Positions 25,150 to 37,727 of a stretch of DNA of 64,000 nucleotides are shown in pieces. Position numbers and translations under genes: made by a program. The stretch is from Mizuhopecten yessoensis. Taxonomy: Eukaryota. Under the pieces are notes generated by a model that was not told where the DNA came from, did not search any database, and saw only the letters and a list, made by a program, of their open reading frames with translations. Position 1 is the first letter of the stretch; every line of letters begins with the position of its first letter. The DNA lies in NCBI RefSeq assembly GCF_002113885.1, contig NW_018408494.1:319316-383315 (forward strand). Reading direction: 5' to 3'.

Positions 25150-28100
25150 CAGACAGAGAGAGAGACAGAGAGATTTCTTAATGGCCAGAGTGAACAGGAA
25201 AAGTTGGATCACCATGATCTTTTACCCGAACGGCTTGAAAGTGATATGAAAATAGTGGGTGTATTTGATAGCAATGATTTGAAAGTAATATGTTTGTCAT
25301 TTGCTAAAAACATGTATTAGATGTGATCCAAAGTGGAATGAAACTATCCACTGATTTCTTAATGAAAAAGTGTATATATAGTATTCAAAGCAGCAAAAAA
25401 AGAGTTTATGTATAGTGTAGCTCTTACAGGAACATGGGTAATAGTTAGGTCAAACATGGTACATGTACTAGTATTACAGTGCACTGAGATATAGCTCCAG
25501 TCCTTACCTGTAGGTGGTGCCCAGGCTCACCCTCATGGAGACTTAAAGCCATCAACTCATAAATTGGCCTAAAAGACAGATTAATCAAGGAGTAGACATA
25601 TTTAATAAAAAAAAGAAAAAAATATTTAAATACATGTATGTGATTACGCATTTCAGATTGTAGTATATCTTCTCAGATAAACACCAGATTCAGGTGTACC
25701 TGGTAATACTTTTAACTTACATCTATTTCTCAGATAAACGTGAGATTTTAAGTGTGGTTATAACCACAATATATATAATTACCTGTATCTTGTAATTAGA
25801 CTTTTTGGATACCTTGATTTACCTGTATCAGGTAATGATCACCAACTTATATCTGTGTCACTGATCTAGTAATATGATATAAACTTTACTTATTATACAA
25901 CAATTATGAAACAAGTTATTAGAGCTTATATTGATCACTCTTGTCGAATGTAAGCACGCAGGAGGACTTAATGTGGGAGGAAACCAGATTACCTGGTTAT
26001 ACCAATACCCTTACGTGTCAGAGAAGTGGGAGGTGTTAACGTAACAGTTATGATACCCTTACGTGTCAGAGAAGTGGGAGGTGTTAACGTAACGGTTATG
26101 ATACCCTTACGTGTCAGAGAAGTGGGAGGTGTTAACGTAACGGTTATGATACACTTACGTGTCAGAGAAGTGGGAGGTGTTAACGTAACGGTTATGATAC
26201 ACTTACGTGTCAGAGAAGTGGGAGGTGTTAACGTAACGGTTATGATACACTTACGTGTCAGAGAAGTGGGAGGTGTTAACGTAACGGTTATGATACACTT
26301 ACGTGTCAGAGAAGTGGGAGGTGTTAACGTAACGGTTATGATACACTTACGTGTCAGAGAAGTGGGAGGTGTTAACGTAACGGTTATGATACACTTACGT
26401 GTCAGAGAAGTGGGAGGTGTTAACGTAACGGTTATGATACACTTACGTGTCAGAGAAGTGGGAGGTGTTAACGTAACGGTTATGATACACTTACGTGTCA
26501 GAGAAGTGGGAGGTGTTAACGTAACGGTTATGATACACTTACGTGTCAGAGAAGTGGGAGGTGTTAACGTAACGGTTATGATACACTTACGTGTCAGAGA
26601 AGTGGGAGGTGTTAACGTAACGGTTATGATACACTTACGTGTCAGAGAAGTGGGAGGTGTTAACGTAACGGTTATGATACACTTACGTGTCAGAGAAGTG
26701 GGAGGTGTTAACGTAACGGTTATGATACACTTACGTGTCAGAGAAGTGGGAGGTGTTAACGTAACGGTTATGATACACTTACGTGTCAGAGAAGTGGGAG
26801 GTGTTAACGTAACGGTTATGATACACTTACGTGTCAGAGAAGTGGGAGGTGTTAACGTAACGGTTATGATACACTTACGTGTCAGAGAAGTGGGAGGTGT
26901 TAACGTAACGGTTATGATACACTTACGTGTCAGAGAAGTGGGAGGTGTTAACGTAACGGTTATGATACACTTACGTGTCAGAGAAGTGGGAGGTGTTAAC
27001 GTAACGGTTATGATACACTTACGTGTCAGAGAAGTGGGAGGTGTTAACGTAACGGTTATGATACACTTACGTGTCAGAGAAGTGGGAGGTGTTAACGTAA
27101 CGGTTATGATACACTTACGTGTCAGAGAAGTGGGAGGTGTTAACGTAACGGTTATGATACACTTACGTGTCAGAGAAGTGGGAGGTGTTAACGTAACGGT
27201 TATGATACACTTACGTGTCAGAGAAGTGGGAGGTGTTAACGTAACGGTTATGATACACTTACGTGTCAGAGAAGTGGGAGGTGTTAACGTAACGGTTATG
27301 ATACACTTACGTGTCAGAGAAGTGGGAGGTGTTAACGTAACGGTTATGATACACTTACGTGTCAGAGAAGTGGGAGGTGTTAACGTAACGGTTATGATAC
27401 ACTTACGTGTCAGAGAAGTGGGAGGTGTTAACGTAACGGTTATGATACACTTACGTGTCAGAGAAGTGGGAGGTGTTAACGTAACGGTTATGATACACTT
27501 ACGTGTCAGAGAAGTGGGAGGTGTTAACGTAACGGTTATGATACACTTACGTGTCAGAGAAGTGGGAGGTGTTAACGTAACGGTTATGATACACTTACGT
27601 GTCAGAGAAGTGGGAGGTGTTAACGTAACGGTTATGATACACTTACGTGTCAGAGAAGTGGGAGGTGTTAACGTAACGGTTATGATACACTTACGTGTCA
27701 GAGAAGTGGGAGGTGTTAACGTAACGGTTATGATACACTTACGTGTCAGAGAAGTGGGAGGTGTTAACGTAACGGTTATGATACACTTACGTGTCAGAGA
27801 AGTGGGAGGTGTTAACGTAACGGTTATGATACACTTACGTGTCAGAGAAGTGGGAGGTGTTAACGTAACGGTTATGATACACTTACGTGTCAGAGAAGTG
27901 GGAGGTGTTAACGTAACGGTTATGATACACTTACGTGTCAGAGAAGTGGGAGGTGTTAACGTAACGGTTATGATACACTTACGTGTCAGAGAAGTGGGAG
28001 GTGTTAACGTAACGGTTATGATACACTTACGTGTCAGAGAAGTGGGAGGTGTTAACGTAACGGTTATGATACACTTACGTGTCAGAGAAGTGGGAGGTGT

Positions 28101-31100
28101 TAACGTAACGGTTATGATACACTTACGTGTCAGAGAAGTGGGAGGTGTTAACGTAACGGTTATGATACACTTACGTGTCAGAGAAGTGGGAGGTGTTAAC
28201 GTAACGGTTATGATACACTTACGTGTCAGAGAAGTGGGAGGTGTTAACGTAACGGTTATGATACACTTACGTGTCAGAGAAGTGGGAGGTGTTAACGTAA
28301 CGGTTATGATACACTTACGTGTCAGAGAAGTGGGAGGTGTTAACGTAACGGTTATGATACACTTACGTGTCAGAGAAGTGGGAGGTGTTAACGTAACGGT
28401 TATGATACACTTACGTGTCAGAGAAGTGGGAGGTGTTAACGTAACGGTTATGATACACTTACGTGTCAGAGAAGTGGGAGGTGTTAACGTAACGGTTATG
28501 ATACACTTACGTGTCAGAGAAGTGGGAGGTGTTAACGTAACGGTTATGATACACTTACGTGTCAGAGAAGTGGGAGGTGTTAACGTAACGGTTATGATAC
28601 ACTTACGTGTCAGAGAAGTGGGAGGTGTTAACGTAACGGTTATGATACACTTACGTGTCAGAGAAGTGGGAGGTGTTAACGTAACGGTTATGATACACTT
28701 ACGTGTCAGAGAAGTGGGAGGTGTTAACGTTCGTTATGATACACTTACGTGTCAGAGAAGTGGGAGGTGTTAACGTAATAGATTCCTGGTCTCGATCCAT
28801 CGTTTGTACCAGCCATGTAGAACCCCACAGGTGCTGAGCTCATAGAGGCAGGAGCGGCTGTAATCCTGTTTAAAACATTCAACACTTCAATAATAGAGAA
28901 GTTGTGTTGTAAAGTTTAGCAGCTATGCAAGATTGAGACTCTGTTAGGAATGTAACAATACAAAATCTATCAAATTATTGATGTATTGTGTAAATAGTTG
29001 CCTCAGTAGAAATACATTGATAGTATACTTTATTATTTAACAGACATAATAAATCAATATAGGTGCAATAAGAATGAATATTTCTGATCAACCCATCTTC
29101 AAACTTTCCTCAATTTTTTTATCCATGAAGTTTAATTTTACATGAATTGACAGTTTTCTGATCAGAGTCAGATTTAATCTATTAATTTTCAAATAATTTT
29201 AACTTTTCATTTAAATTTTTAATAAAGAAAACAAGAAACATCAGCATTTGGCAAAACAGGTGTTGGCCAACTGTTAATGACGAGTTTGACCTTAGTAACA
29301 GGTTCAATTTTTATTTATGACCTTGACCTTTAATAAGTATCAGGGTCAATTGTTACCAATGACCTTGACCTTAGTACTGTAGTCATTGACTGGTTACTGA
29401 AGACCTTTATCGTTGTATTTAAGTCATGATATTTTAATTCAATGATATCAATATATGATGACCTTGACCTCTACAGATGCACTCATGATGTTACTTACTT
29501 CATATCAACATCGGGGATAGTTTTGAACAGCTTGGAGAGTTTGGGTCGGATTTTATTTGTACAGATATCTTTAATTCCAGCCAAAAGATCTTCCTGAATT
29601 AAAGATAAAGAATTGTAGCTGTTGTAAACATCAAAGATAGGTTACAGACCACAAACTATACTGCTACTTACAACGAAGAAATAAACACTACACAGCTCCA
29701 ATCATGTTTGCTTGGTTAAAACTAATGGTAAAAATAATATTGAAATAAAACTTTCAAGTGATATATTTTCTGATATTCATTAATGTCCCTATAATTAGAC
29801 TGCATTTATGGGTTTTATAGCCTGAATAAGCACAGACTTCTTAATGGGTTCACACTAAAACAAAATCTGTATCACAAGGAAATCTGTTGAACATATTTCA
29901 TTGCATGTATATATTTATTTTCAGTAAACATTTTAATAATTGGGGCATGTTAATAAACAGCAAAATATTGCAGTCAATTTTAAATAAAGGATCATAATTT
30001 GCAAATGAATTACCTCAGTTTGATAGTATAACTCCTTGTTGTCTTTGGCATGTCTTAGGAAGCGTTGTATATTTGACCCCAGTCCTTCCTCTTTTGCTAT
30101 TTGTTCCATGGCTTTTGTAATTCTTTCAACCTCTTGTAGACCAAGGTTGTGGACCTCTTGAGGTGTCAGATTTGTTGATGTATGGAACATTAGACACTGT
30201 TGGTAATATCTTTGGCCGTTAGGAAGGGTACAACACCCTATACTGGGTCTCGTCCTCCTCATATACACCTGCATATACAGGTAAACAAAATGTTAGACAC
30301 GGTTGGTGGTAGTTATAGTAGTGTGGGAGGGTACAACACCCTATACTGAGTCTCGTCCTCCTCATACACACCTGTATATACAGGTAAACAAAATGTTAGA
30401 CACTGCTGTGGTAGTTTTAGCAGTGAGGGAGGGTACAACACCCTATACTGGGTCTCGTCCTCCTCATATACACCTGCATATACAGGGGAACAAAATGTTA
30501 GACACTCCTGTGGTAGTTATAGTAGTGAGGGAGGGTACACCACCCTATACTGGGTCTCGTCCTCCTAATATACACCTGTATATACAGGGGAACAAAATGT
30601 TAGACACTCCTGTGGTAGTTATAGTAGTGAGGGAGGGTACAACACCCTATACTGGGTCTCGTCGTCCTCATACACACCTGTATATACAGGTGAACAAAAT
30701 GTTAGACACTGCTGTGGTAGTTATAGTAGTGAGGGAGGGTACACCACCCTATACTGGGTCTCGTCCTCCTCATATACACCTGTATATACAGGGGAACAAA
30801 ATGTTAGACACTGCTGTGGTAGTTATAGTAGTGAGGGAGGGTACAACACCCTATACTGGGTTTCGTCTTCCTAATATACACCTGTATATACAAGTAAACA
30901 AAATAGTATACAGCTCTGCAAGTAGTTACAGCAGTGAGGGAGTGTACAACACCTGTAGTTATCAACTTCTATATAAGGATAGCAACAAAAGTTAAATTAC
31001 TTACAGACATAAGATAATCCCGAAGATCAATAAAAGCAGGGATGACAGTATCCTCTAGTACAGATATAGCTTCTTTCTCCAACTCGGCCCTAAAGATAAA

Positions 31101-34100
31101 ATAAAAGTACATGCAATGTCTGAAATTTTTATTTTCACAGATTTTCCTCATCTTTTTGATGACCTAGTTACAGTTGAGTTTAGTAAGATCCTGCATGTGG
31201 ATGATATGTACTATTGACTCTATCTGAAGGATTGATATTTCACTGTAGCTTAATTATATGTTTACAGTACTGTAAAAACTCGTGTAATTAACGCAGGTTT
31301 TATGTGTTGAAATTAAGTTTGAAGCAGATTACACAGCTATAAATACATTCAGGTTTGGGGGTTTTCTCAGAAAGATTGTCAATTTGCATGGTATATTAAT
31401 ACAATGTTAAGTGTTTAGAATTATTGCCCTTGCAACAGCTAAGGTCATATAAAGATGCTGATGGCAATATACATTACAAGTTGAAATGTCAAATCATATT
31501 AATACATCCATCTTTATAAAAAATTGACATAAGTTTCAAGAACATATTTTCAAATATCTAAATTTTGAAAAGGAAATGCAAAGGGATGTATTTAAGTAAT
31601 CTGGTAGTAACCCAATGCTAATGATGTAAATCACTGGCTTACATTTCCTCTGGCGAAATACCATCCACTTCCTTTCTGAATGGCGACAAAAATGGTGATG
31701 CTTTCGGATCCAGCTTTCCATTGTTGGTTAGGGAGTTGATCTGGTCGGGCACTTCTCTCTAGGGAAAACAATTTGGTAATAAGTACAACAAGAGGCCCAT
31801 GGGCCTTAACGCTCACCTGATATATTTATACAGAGAGTTGATTTCGTTTTTAACATGAACAGAAATATTATTCAAAGTGACAAAAAACAATAAAACCACC
31901 TTATTCAATATCAAGCATACAGATTTCAGACTAAAAAGGATTTGAAACTAGCACCTCTGATTCTAAACAAGGAAAATGAAGAAATTTTAGCACACTGACT
32001 CCCTTGAGCCCCACCCTACAGCCCTTGGGGGTAGGGCTGGCTCAAAATTTTCAAAGTATCAAACTGTCAACTCAAGGTTATAATTCCAATCAAGTTATTA
32101 ACATGNNNNNNNNNNNNNNNNNNNNNNNNNNNNNNNNNNNNNNNNNNNNNNNNNNNNNNNNNNNNNNNNNNNNNNNNNNNNNNNNNNNNNNNNNNNNNNN
32201 NNNNNNNNNNNNNNNNNNNNNNNNNNNNNNNNNNNNNNNNNNNNNNNNNNNNNNNNNNNNNNNNNNNNNNNNNNNNNNNNNNNNNNNNNNNNNNNNNNNN
32301 NNNNNNNNNNNNNNNNNNNNNNNNNNNNNNNNNNNNNNNNNNNNNNNNNNNNNNNNNNNNNNNNNNNNNNNNNNNNNNNNNNNNNNNNNNNNNNNNNNNN
32401 NNNNNNNNNNNNNNNNNNNNNNNNNNNNNNNNNNNNNNNNNNNNNNNNNNNNNNNNNNNNNNNNNNNNNNNNNNNNNNNNNNNNNNNNNNNNNNNNNNNN
32501 NNNNNNNNNNNNNNNNNNNNNNNNNNNNNNNNNNNNNNNNNNNNNNNNNNNNNNNNNNNNNNNNNNNNNNNNNNNNNNNNNNNNNNNNNNNNNNNNNNNN
32601 NNNNNNNNNNNNNNNNNNNNNNNNNNNNNNNNNNNNNNNNNNNNNNNNNNNNNNNNNNNNNNNNNNNNNNNNNNNNNNNNNNNNNNNNNNNNNNNNNNNN
32701 NNNNNNNNNNNNNNNNNNNNNNNNNNNNNNNNNNNNNNNNNNNNNNNNNNNNNNNNNNNNNNNNNNATCAAACTGCTACCTAATACTGATAATGCTAACC
32801 CAAATTGAATTACTTCCAATGGCAATTAAACAAATGTTGGTCCAAAATGTGATTTCCCTATATAAACTATAGTAAAGTTTACCCCCTGTACATACTAGTA
32901 CACTGTGGTAATACCTGTACACTGTGGTACATACCTGTACACTGTGGTACATACCTGTCCACTGTGGTACATACCAGTACCCTGTGGTAATACATGTACA
33001 AATTTCAAAAAGTTGGCAAGTATGTGTATATACAACATTATTTGAATTTGTGATTTCCCACCTCTATAAAGAGATCACCAACAGACCACCTCTTTAAAGA
33101 GGCCACCAACACACCACCTCTATAAAGAGGCCAACAACACACCACCTCTATAAAGAGGCCACCAACACACCACCTCTATAAAGAGGCCACCAACACACCA
33201 CCTCTATAAAGAGGCCACCTACATACCACCTCTATAAAGAGATCACCAACAGACCACCTCTATAAAGAGGCCACCAACACACCACCTCTATAAAGAGGCT
33301 CCCCAGGGGAAAACTTGAGACCCCAGGGTCAAGAAATTAACAATTTTGGTAAAGCACCCTAAGACCCTTCAATCTATGAAGAGTATTTGATTCTACCATA
33401 TAACGGTCTTGAGAAGAAGAATTTTGAAATTTCAGTCAATTCAACCCTTTTTGGCCCCACCCATCAGCCCCTGGGGGTCAGTCAGGGCTCATCAAACTGC
33501 TACCTAATACTGATAATGCTAACCCAAATTGAATTACTTCCAATGGAAATTAAACAAATGTTGGTCCAAAATGTGATTTCCCTATATANNNNNNNNNNNN
33601 NNNNNNNNNNNNNNNNNNNNNNNNNNNNNNNNNNNNNNNNNNNNNNNNNNNNNNNNNNNNNNNNNNNNNNNNNNNNNNNNNNNNNNNNNNNNNNNNNNNN
33701 NNNNNNNNNNNNNNNNNNNNNNNNNNNNNNNNNNNNNNNNNNNNNNNNNNNNNNNNNNNNNNNNNNNNNNNNNNNNNNNNNNNNNNNNNNNNNNNNNNNN
33801 NNNNNNNNNNNNNNNNNNNNNNNNNNNNNNNNNNNNNNNNNNNNNNNNNNNNNNNNNNNNNNNNNNNNNNNNNNNNNNNNNNNNNNNNNNNNNNNNNNNN
33901 NNNNNNNNNNNNNNNNNNNNNNNNNNNNNNNNNNNNNNNNNNNNNNNNNNNNNNNNNNNNNNNNNNNNNNNNNNNNNNNNNNNNNNNNNNNNNNNNNNNN
34001 NNNNNNNNNNNNNNNNNNNNNNNNNNNNNNNNNNNNNNNNNNNNNNNNNNNNNNNNNNNNNNNNNNNNNNTTTTTGTTGACCTTTGTCCATGGAAGGTCC

Positions 34101-37100
34101 CTGCAAAATTTCATTGAAATTGGTTCAGGGGTTTTGGAGAAGAAGTCGAAAATGTAAATTGTTTACGGACGCACGACGGACGACGACGGACAAAAGGCGA
34201 TCGCAATAGGTCACTTGAGACTTTGTCTCAGGTGACCTAAAAATCTACTTTTTCTGATATCTTTCTGAAAACATATCTCGGGAGTGTCTATGTTTTTTAA
34301 ATACTTTTATTAACTTGCTTTGTTTGTAAAACTGAACAATGTGCTTAGTAATAAGAAGTTAACATCACAATGTATTATAATTGTAGACTGATATTTTATG
34401 TTTTTAGGATTATGAAGAGCTAATATATGAGATAAAATGAAAGTCTAAATAATTATATAAGGACACACTACTTCACTCTTTCTGTGAATCCAAATTTTCT
34501 TGCATATATCTGACCAAACTTACATCAGACATATTGTCAGTTCTAAGTGAGCATAAATGTGATTCATCAGATTTAAAGATTGTTATACATCAATCAGATA
34601 ATTAAATAATAGTTACCATGGATACCATGTGATTGACATAACCTATCTTTATCCCTTCTTCACACATCTCTCTGGCTTGGGAAATCTGAAATTATAAAAA
34701 AAATTATGGTTGGTAAATGTCAATGTGAAGGGTATAACTGGTGTTACCTAGGTAGGTAGGAAGTTTTATAAAACAAGGATAAGGTGTGCATTTAATTTTA
34801 ACTGGTACAGTATGGGAAGTATATATAAATAATCAGTGTTTGATAAATACAGACTTCATATAGTTGTAGAAAGTTTCCCTTACTTCATATATGCAAAATT
34901 TAATATTATAAGTTATCACACAATATTTGTCACTGACTATCATATTGAAAGACTTCAAGTCTTTCATAATCAAAAAAAAACATCTTATGTGGACAATCTA
35001 TATCAACTCTAGAATTGTGTGTGTATCCTAGGTCAACAAGTACAAAAGTTAATGATACAGGTCACCTAGTACAGGTCATGTACCAAGGTCATTTGTAAAG
35101 GTCAACAAGTAAAGAGGTCACTTTAGCAGGTCATGAAGAGCAGAGGTCAGTTATACAGGTCAGTGAGTACAGAGGTCGTTTGCACAGGTCATTTAGTACA
35201 AAAACAAGGTTCCTAACTCACCTGTCTGGGGTAACACTTGAGTCGCTCTATGTAGACTTTAAAGTCAGCTTCCTTCTCAAACTTAGAAAAGCTTAGTAGT
35301 AGATGTATATCATTGTGAATGCCATCTTGGAATGTAATCGGGAAACACCACCTATAGACCAATTTGCAAATGGATGTAATTCACTGTTTAAGTTAACACA
35401 CTTTTTCGTGTAAGCAATTTGAAAAGGCAGGCATTTAATATATGCAGTGGACATAACCACTAGTGTCAGACTTTTGTAAGAACTTATTAAAATAATTTAT
35501 TTTCAAAACAATACTTTTACTATTTACAAATGTACTTGGGAGTCAGCCTTGTGTCCTCACAAATGAACAGGAGTTTGCAATGAAATACACTAGTCAGAGA
35601 TTTACATAAAATTTAAAAGACAAAATAAAATTGCCCATTGTTTTCAAACAAAGTCATCCAGAGGAATCAAAACACTGACAGCTATATGGAAAGCATCCTC
35701 AATGTCCAGGGGTTTCACTCACTTTCGCTCTCTGCACCCCTGGAATATGTCATTGAAAATTGAAGGCTCAGTGTGTGCCACCTTATTGATGAGACAAGAC
35801 GACTAGTTTGATCCTTTGATGTACATAAAAAAGAATCTCACGTTCGCGTAACAGTAAAAAATGACAGGCTCTGAAAATGAGTGTCGATCCTTTGTAATCT
35901 TCAAAGGACATGTATCAGTGTAGCGATTTGTCGGTTTTTTTTTACCCGAGACCAATCAAACAGCTATCTTTCTGCCTTCAATTTTGCTATGAAATATTCC
36001 AGGGGTGCAGAGAGCGAAAGCCCTGGATATCGAGGAAATGGATAGTTACCCGTTAAATTTGCAGGCCAGTAGGAAAGTCTTGAATTCCTCTTTGAGTAGT
36101 GCGAGGTCAAGTTTAGCTGCATCACTGATGGCGTCGGTGTTGATTTCCCTACATCTCTCCAGGAACTTCTCCACTGTAATCTGTTGGGTACATAACTTGA
36201 TCAATTACTGCTTACTTTCCAATATTTCACACACATCTTGATACACAATTTTAATTATTAACTTGATGAGGTTTATTGATAGCTATATACCCACAATAGC
36301 CCACAAAGTAATACTATATATAGATGTACAGTTAAACCCTGATTAGAGGTCACACACACGTACAAGTCATGCGTCTGTTGTGGAAATTAAACTTGCACCT
36401 ATACCAGTGCATCATGCTTCCAATTTTTTATGGCATTGACTGTAATTTTTGTTTTGATGACTTAACCGCTACAGTTATCAAAAACAAAAGCAACAGGCTT
36501 AAGAATTTTAAATGAATATGCAAGATAAGTGTCACTTCAAAGTATCTGACTCAGGATTTGTTAATTTATGAATAAAGAATGAATAAAATTACTGATAGAT
36601 CAAACACTGACAGATTTCTTCTTAGCTAGACTTGAATACATAGTGCCTTTAGGGATACAATTTAGGGACAAAATCAGTGCATTTGGTATATGTACTGAGG
36701 CTAACATCGAGGACACAGTTTTTAATTCAAAAGGGAGGAAAAGAATCACAGTGAACTTAATTTAACTTGGCTATGATTTAGGGAATTAAGCATAGTCAGT
36801 AGAGCTAAGGACTTCAACGTTCAGCTAACATAGAATTATGAAAAAGAAAGTGACCTCAGTCACATGTACCTTCCATTCTTTAAGTGCTTCTAGTCCAATA
36901 TCATCTAACTTGTCGTCGTCATCATGAACACCGCAGTAAGAGGCAAACTCTGGACTGGTCTTTAATCTCCAACTCCATACTTCCTCAAATAGTCTGGTAA
37001 CTACTTTATCTTCTGGGCTGGCCCTTAGTGAGAGGAAATATTCTAATCGTTTTTAAAACGTACCATATCGTACTGTATCAGTATTAGCATCAAAGACACC

Positions 37101-37436
37101 CCAGATGGGAATATCTTTAGCATTTGTGTGGTAAATACTTAAAATAATCCTTTAGGTACTGGCTGTGACGTAAGAAAAATATGAAAGCAAAGAATCAGCC
37201 CGAAATAAAAAGCCGTTTAACGGTACTGAACAGACAGGTCTACAGTAGATTTTACGTTACAGGATGCCTGCATATTGACAAAGCGAAAGTAGGCCACGTC
37301 GCATCACTTCATTTGTCTTTCATAGCAACAAGTTTAAACAAAACCATTGGCTTATATGTTCTTTAAAACATGTTATAGTGTCTTTGCTTACTCACTCGTT
37401 ATCAACGTAACTCAGCGGACTGATTTCGAACTCCAT
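20800..37436 (-). CDS. DUF885-family protein (putative zinc metallopeptidase), 17 exons, 608 aa
   Basis: Exons 37436-37396, 37023-36870, 36180-36050, 35351-35222, 34685-34617, 31758-31643, 31089-31005, 30268-30014, 29593-29499, 28865-28749, 25568-25508, 24126-24016, 23528-23464, 22922-22851, 21855-21753, 21310-21244 and 20954-20800. All are GT-AG and phase-consistent (1827 nt). DUF885 motifs present: LPNGQRYY, TPQEVHNLGLQEVERI, DGSRPGIYYVN, LHEGEPGHHLQ, EGWGLYCE, RAARLVVDTGLH, RYVTWPGQACAYKIG, FDVREFH...GPVPL. Confidence 0.9.
22272..22388. mobile_element. Short hairpin MITE-like element (intronic)
   Basis: gggtttgttacaaatgtctgaaat ... atttcagacatttgtaacgaaccc inverted repeats. Confidence 0.6.
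22990..23080. mobile_element. ~90-bp TTAA-type MITE; second copy at 40434-40524
   Basis: aactcattcacccctgaa ... ttcaggggtgaaggagttaa. The second copy reads ttaaccctttcacc ... ggtgaaagggttaa. Confidence 0.6.
24311..25018 (+). mobile_element. HINE-like non-autonomous Helentron element
   Basis: aacaa start with gctcacc subterminal motif, internal direct repeats (tctcaaaatgaaacatgcacaac...gacc), a (gacg)n microsatellite, and a 3' ccatc..gatgg hairpin followed by an A-run. Confidence 0.5.
26005..28778 (-). repeat. 48-bp minisatellite built from the DUF885 exon 10 donor junction (58 units, near-perfect)
   Basis: Minus-strand unit TTACGTTAACACCTCCCACTTCTCTGACAC|gtaagtgtatcataaccg is the last 30 nt of exon 10 plus 18 nt of intron. 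Confidence 0.96.
30226..30905 (-). repeat. 102-bp minisatellite built from the DUF885 exon 8 acceptor junction (~7 units)
   Basis: Units start at 30226, 30329, 30431, 30533, 30635, 30737 and 30839. Each holds ~59 nt of intron ending in cAG plus the first ~43 nt of exon 8 (GTGTATATGAGGAGGACGAGACCCAGTATAGGGTGTTGTACCC). Confidence 0.93.
31787..34243 (+). mobile_element. HINE-like non-autonomous Helentron element with internal core repeats, spanning both N-gaps
   Basis: 5' aacaagaggccca..tgggcct..gctcacctga; repeated core (32767-32865 matches 33491-33588); (gacg)n microsatellite at 34165-34190; 3' ggtcacttgag..ctcaggtgacc hairpin plus aaaa. Confidence 0.6.
32887..33300. repeat. Two adjacent minisatellites: ~20 bp (tacactgtggtacatacctg) and ~28 bp (caccacctctataaagaggccaccaaca)
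   Basis: About 5-6 and 8-9 units respectively, lying inside the HINE-like core. Confidence 0.85.
35696..36036. mobile_element. TIR MITE (341 bp), unexpanded relative of the 42.2-44.2 kb element
   Basis: TIRs tcctcaatgtccaggg..ctttcgctctctgcacccctggaatat and atattccaggggtgcagagagcgaaag.ccctggatatcgagga. Confidence 0.85.
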
Positions 37437-37727
37437 ACTTTATCTGTCGGGCGTGGACAATGTCTTACATGTTGAGTGGAAGCACAATTATAAAAATAAA
37501 ACCGGACCTCGTCATTAAATCCGGAATTTATCGATCCATATTTTTTTTTAAATCTCTATCATTTCGTATTGGGTTTCACAAAATGATTGTTATTGAATTA
37601 TAAATAAAAGTTCAGTTATTTAATGACAATATTCAAATTAAATTATTGAAACAATTCTAAAAGTTTGCAAAGTGTTAAAAAAAATGCAGTGGAATTTGAT
37701 CTCACTCACGATCAGGTGATGGAGAGG

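Noticed and set aside
26026-28773. 915-aa ORF (GGVNVTVMIHLRVREV)n as a repeat protein
   Set aside because: It is a stop-free frame of a 48-bp repeat antisense to DUF885. The unit derives from the exon 10 donor junction.
26005-28778. CRISPR array
   Set aside because: Units abut with no unique spacers, the locus is eukaryotic and intronic, and there are no cas genes.
30303-30995. 230-aa repetitive ORF
   Set aside because: Antisense translation of the 102-bp junction repeat.
32004-34157. Long ORFs containing X runs
   Set aside because: They only span assembly N-gaps.
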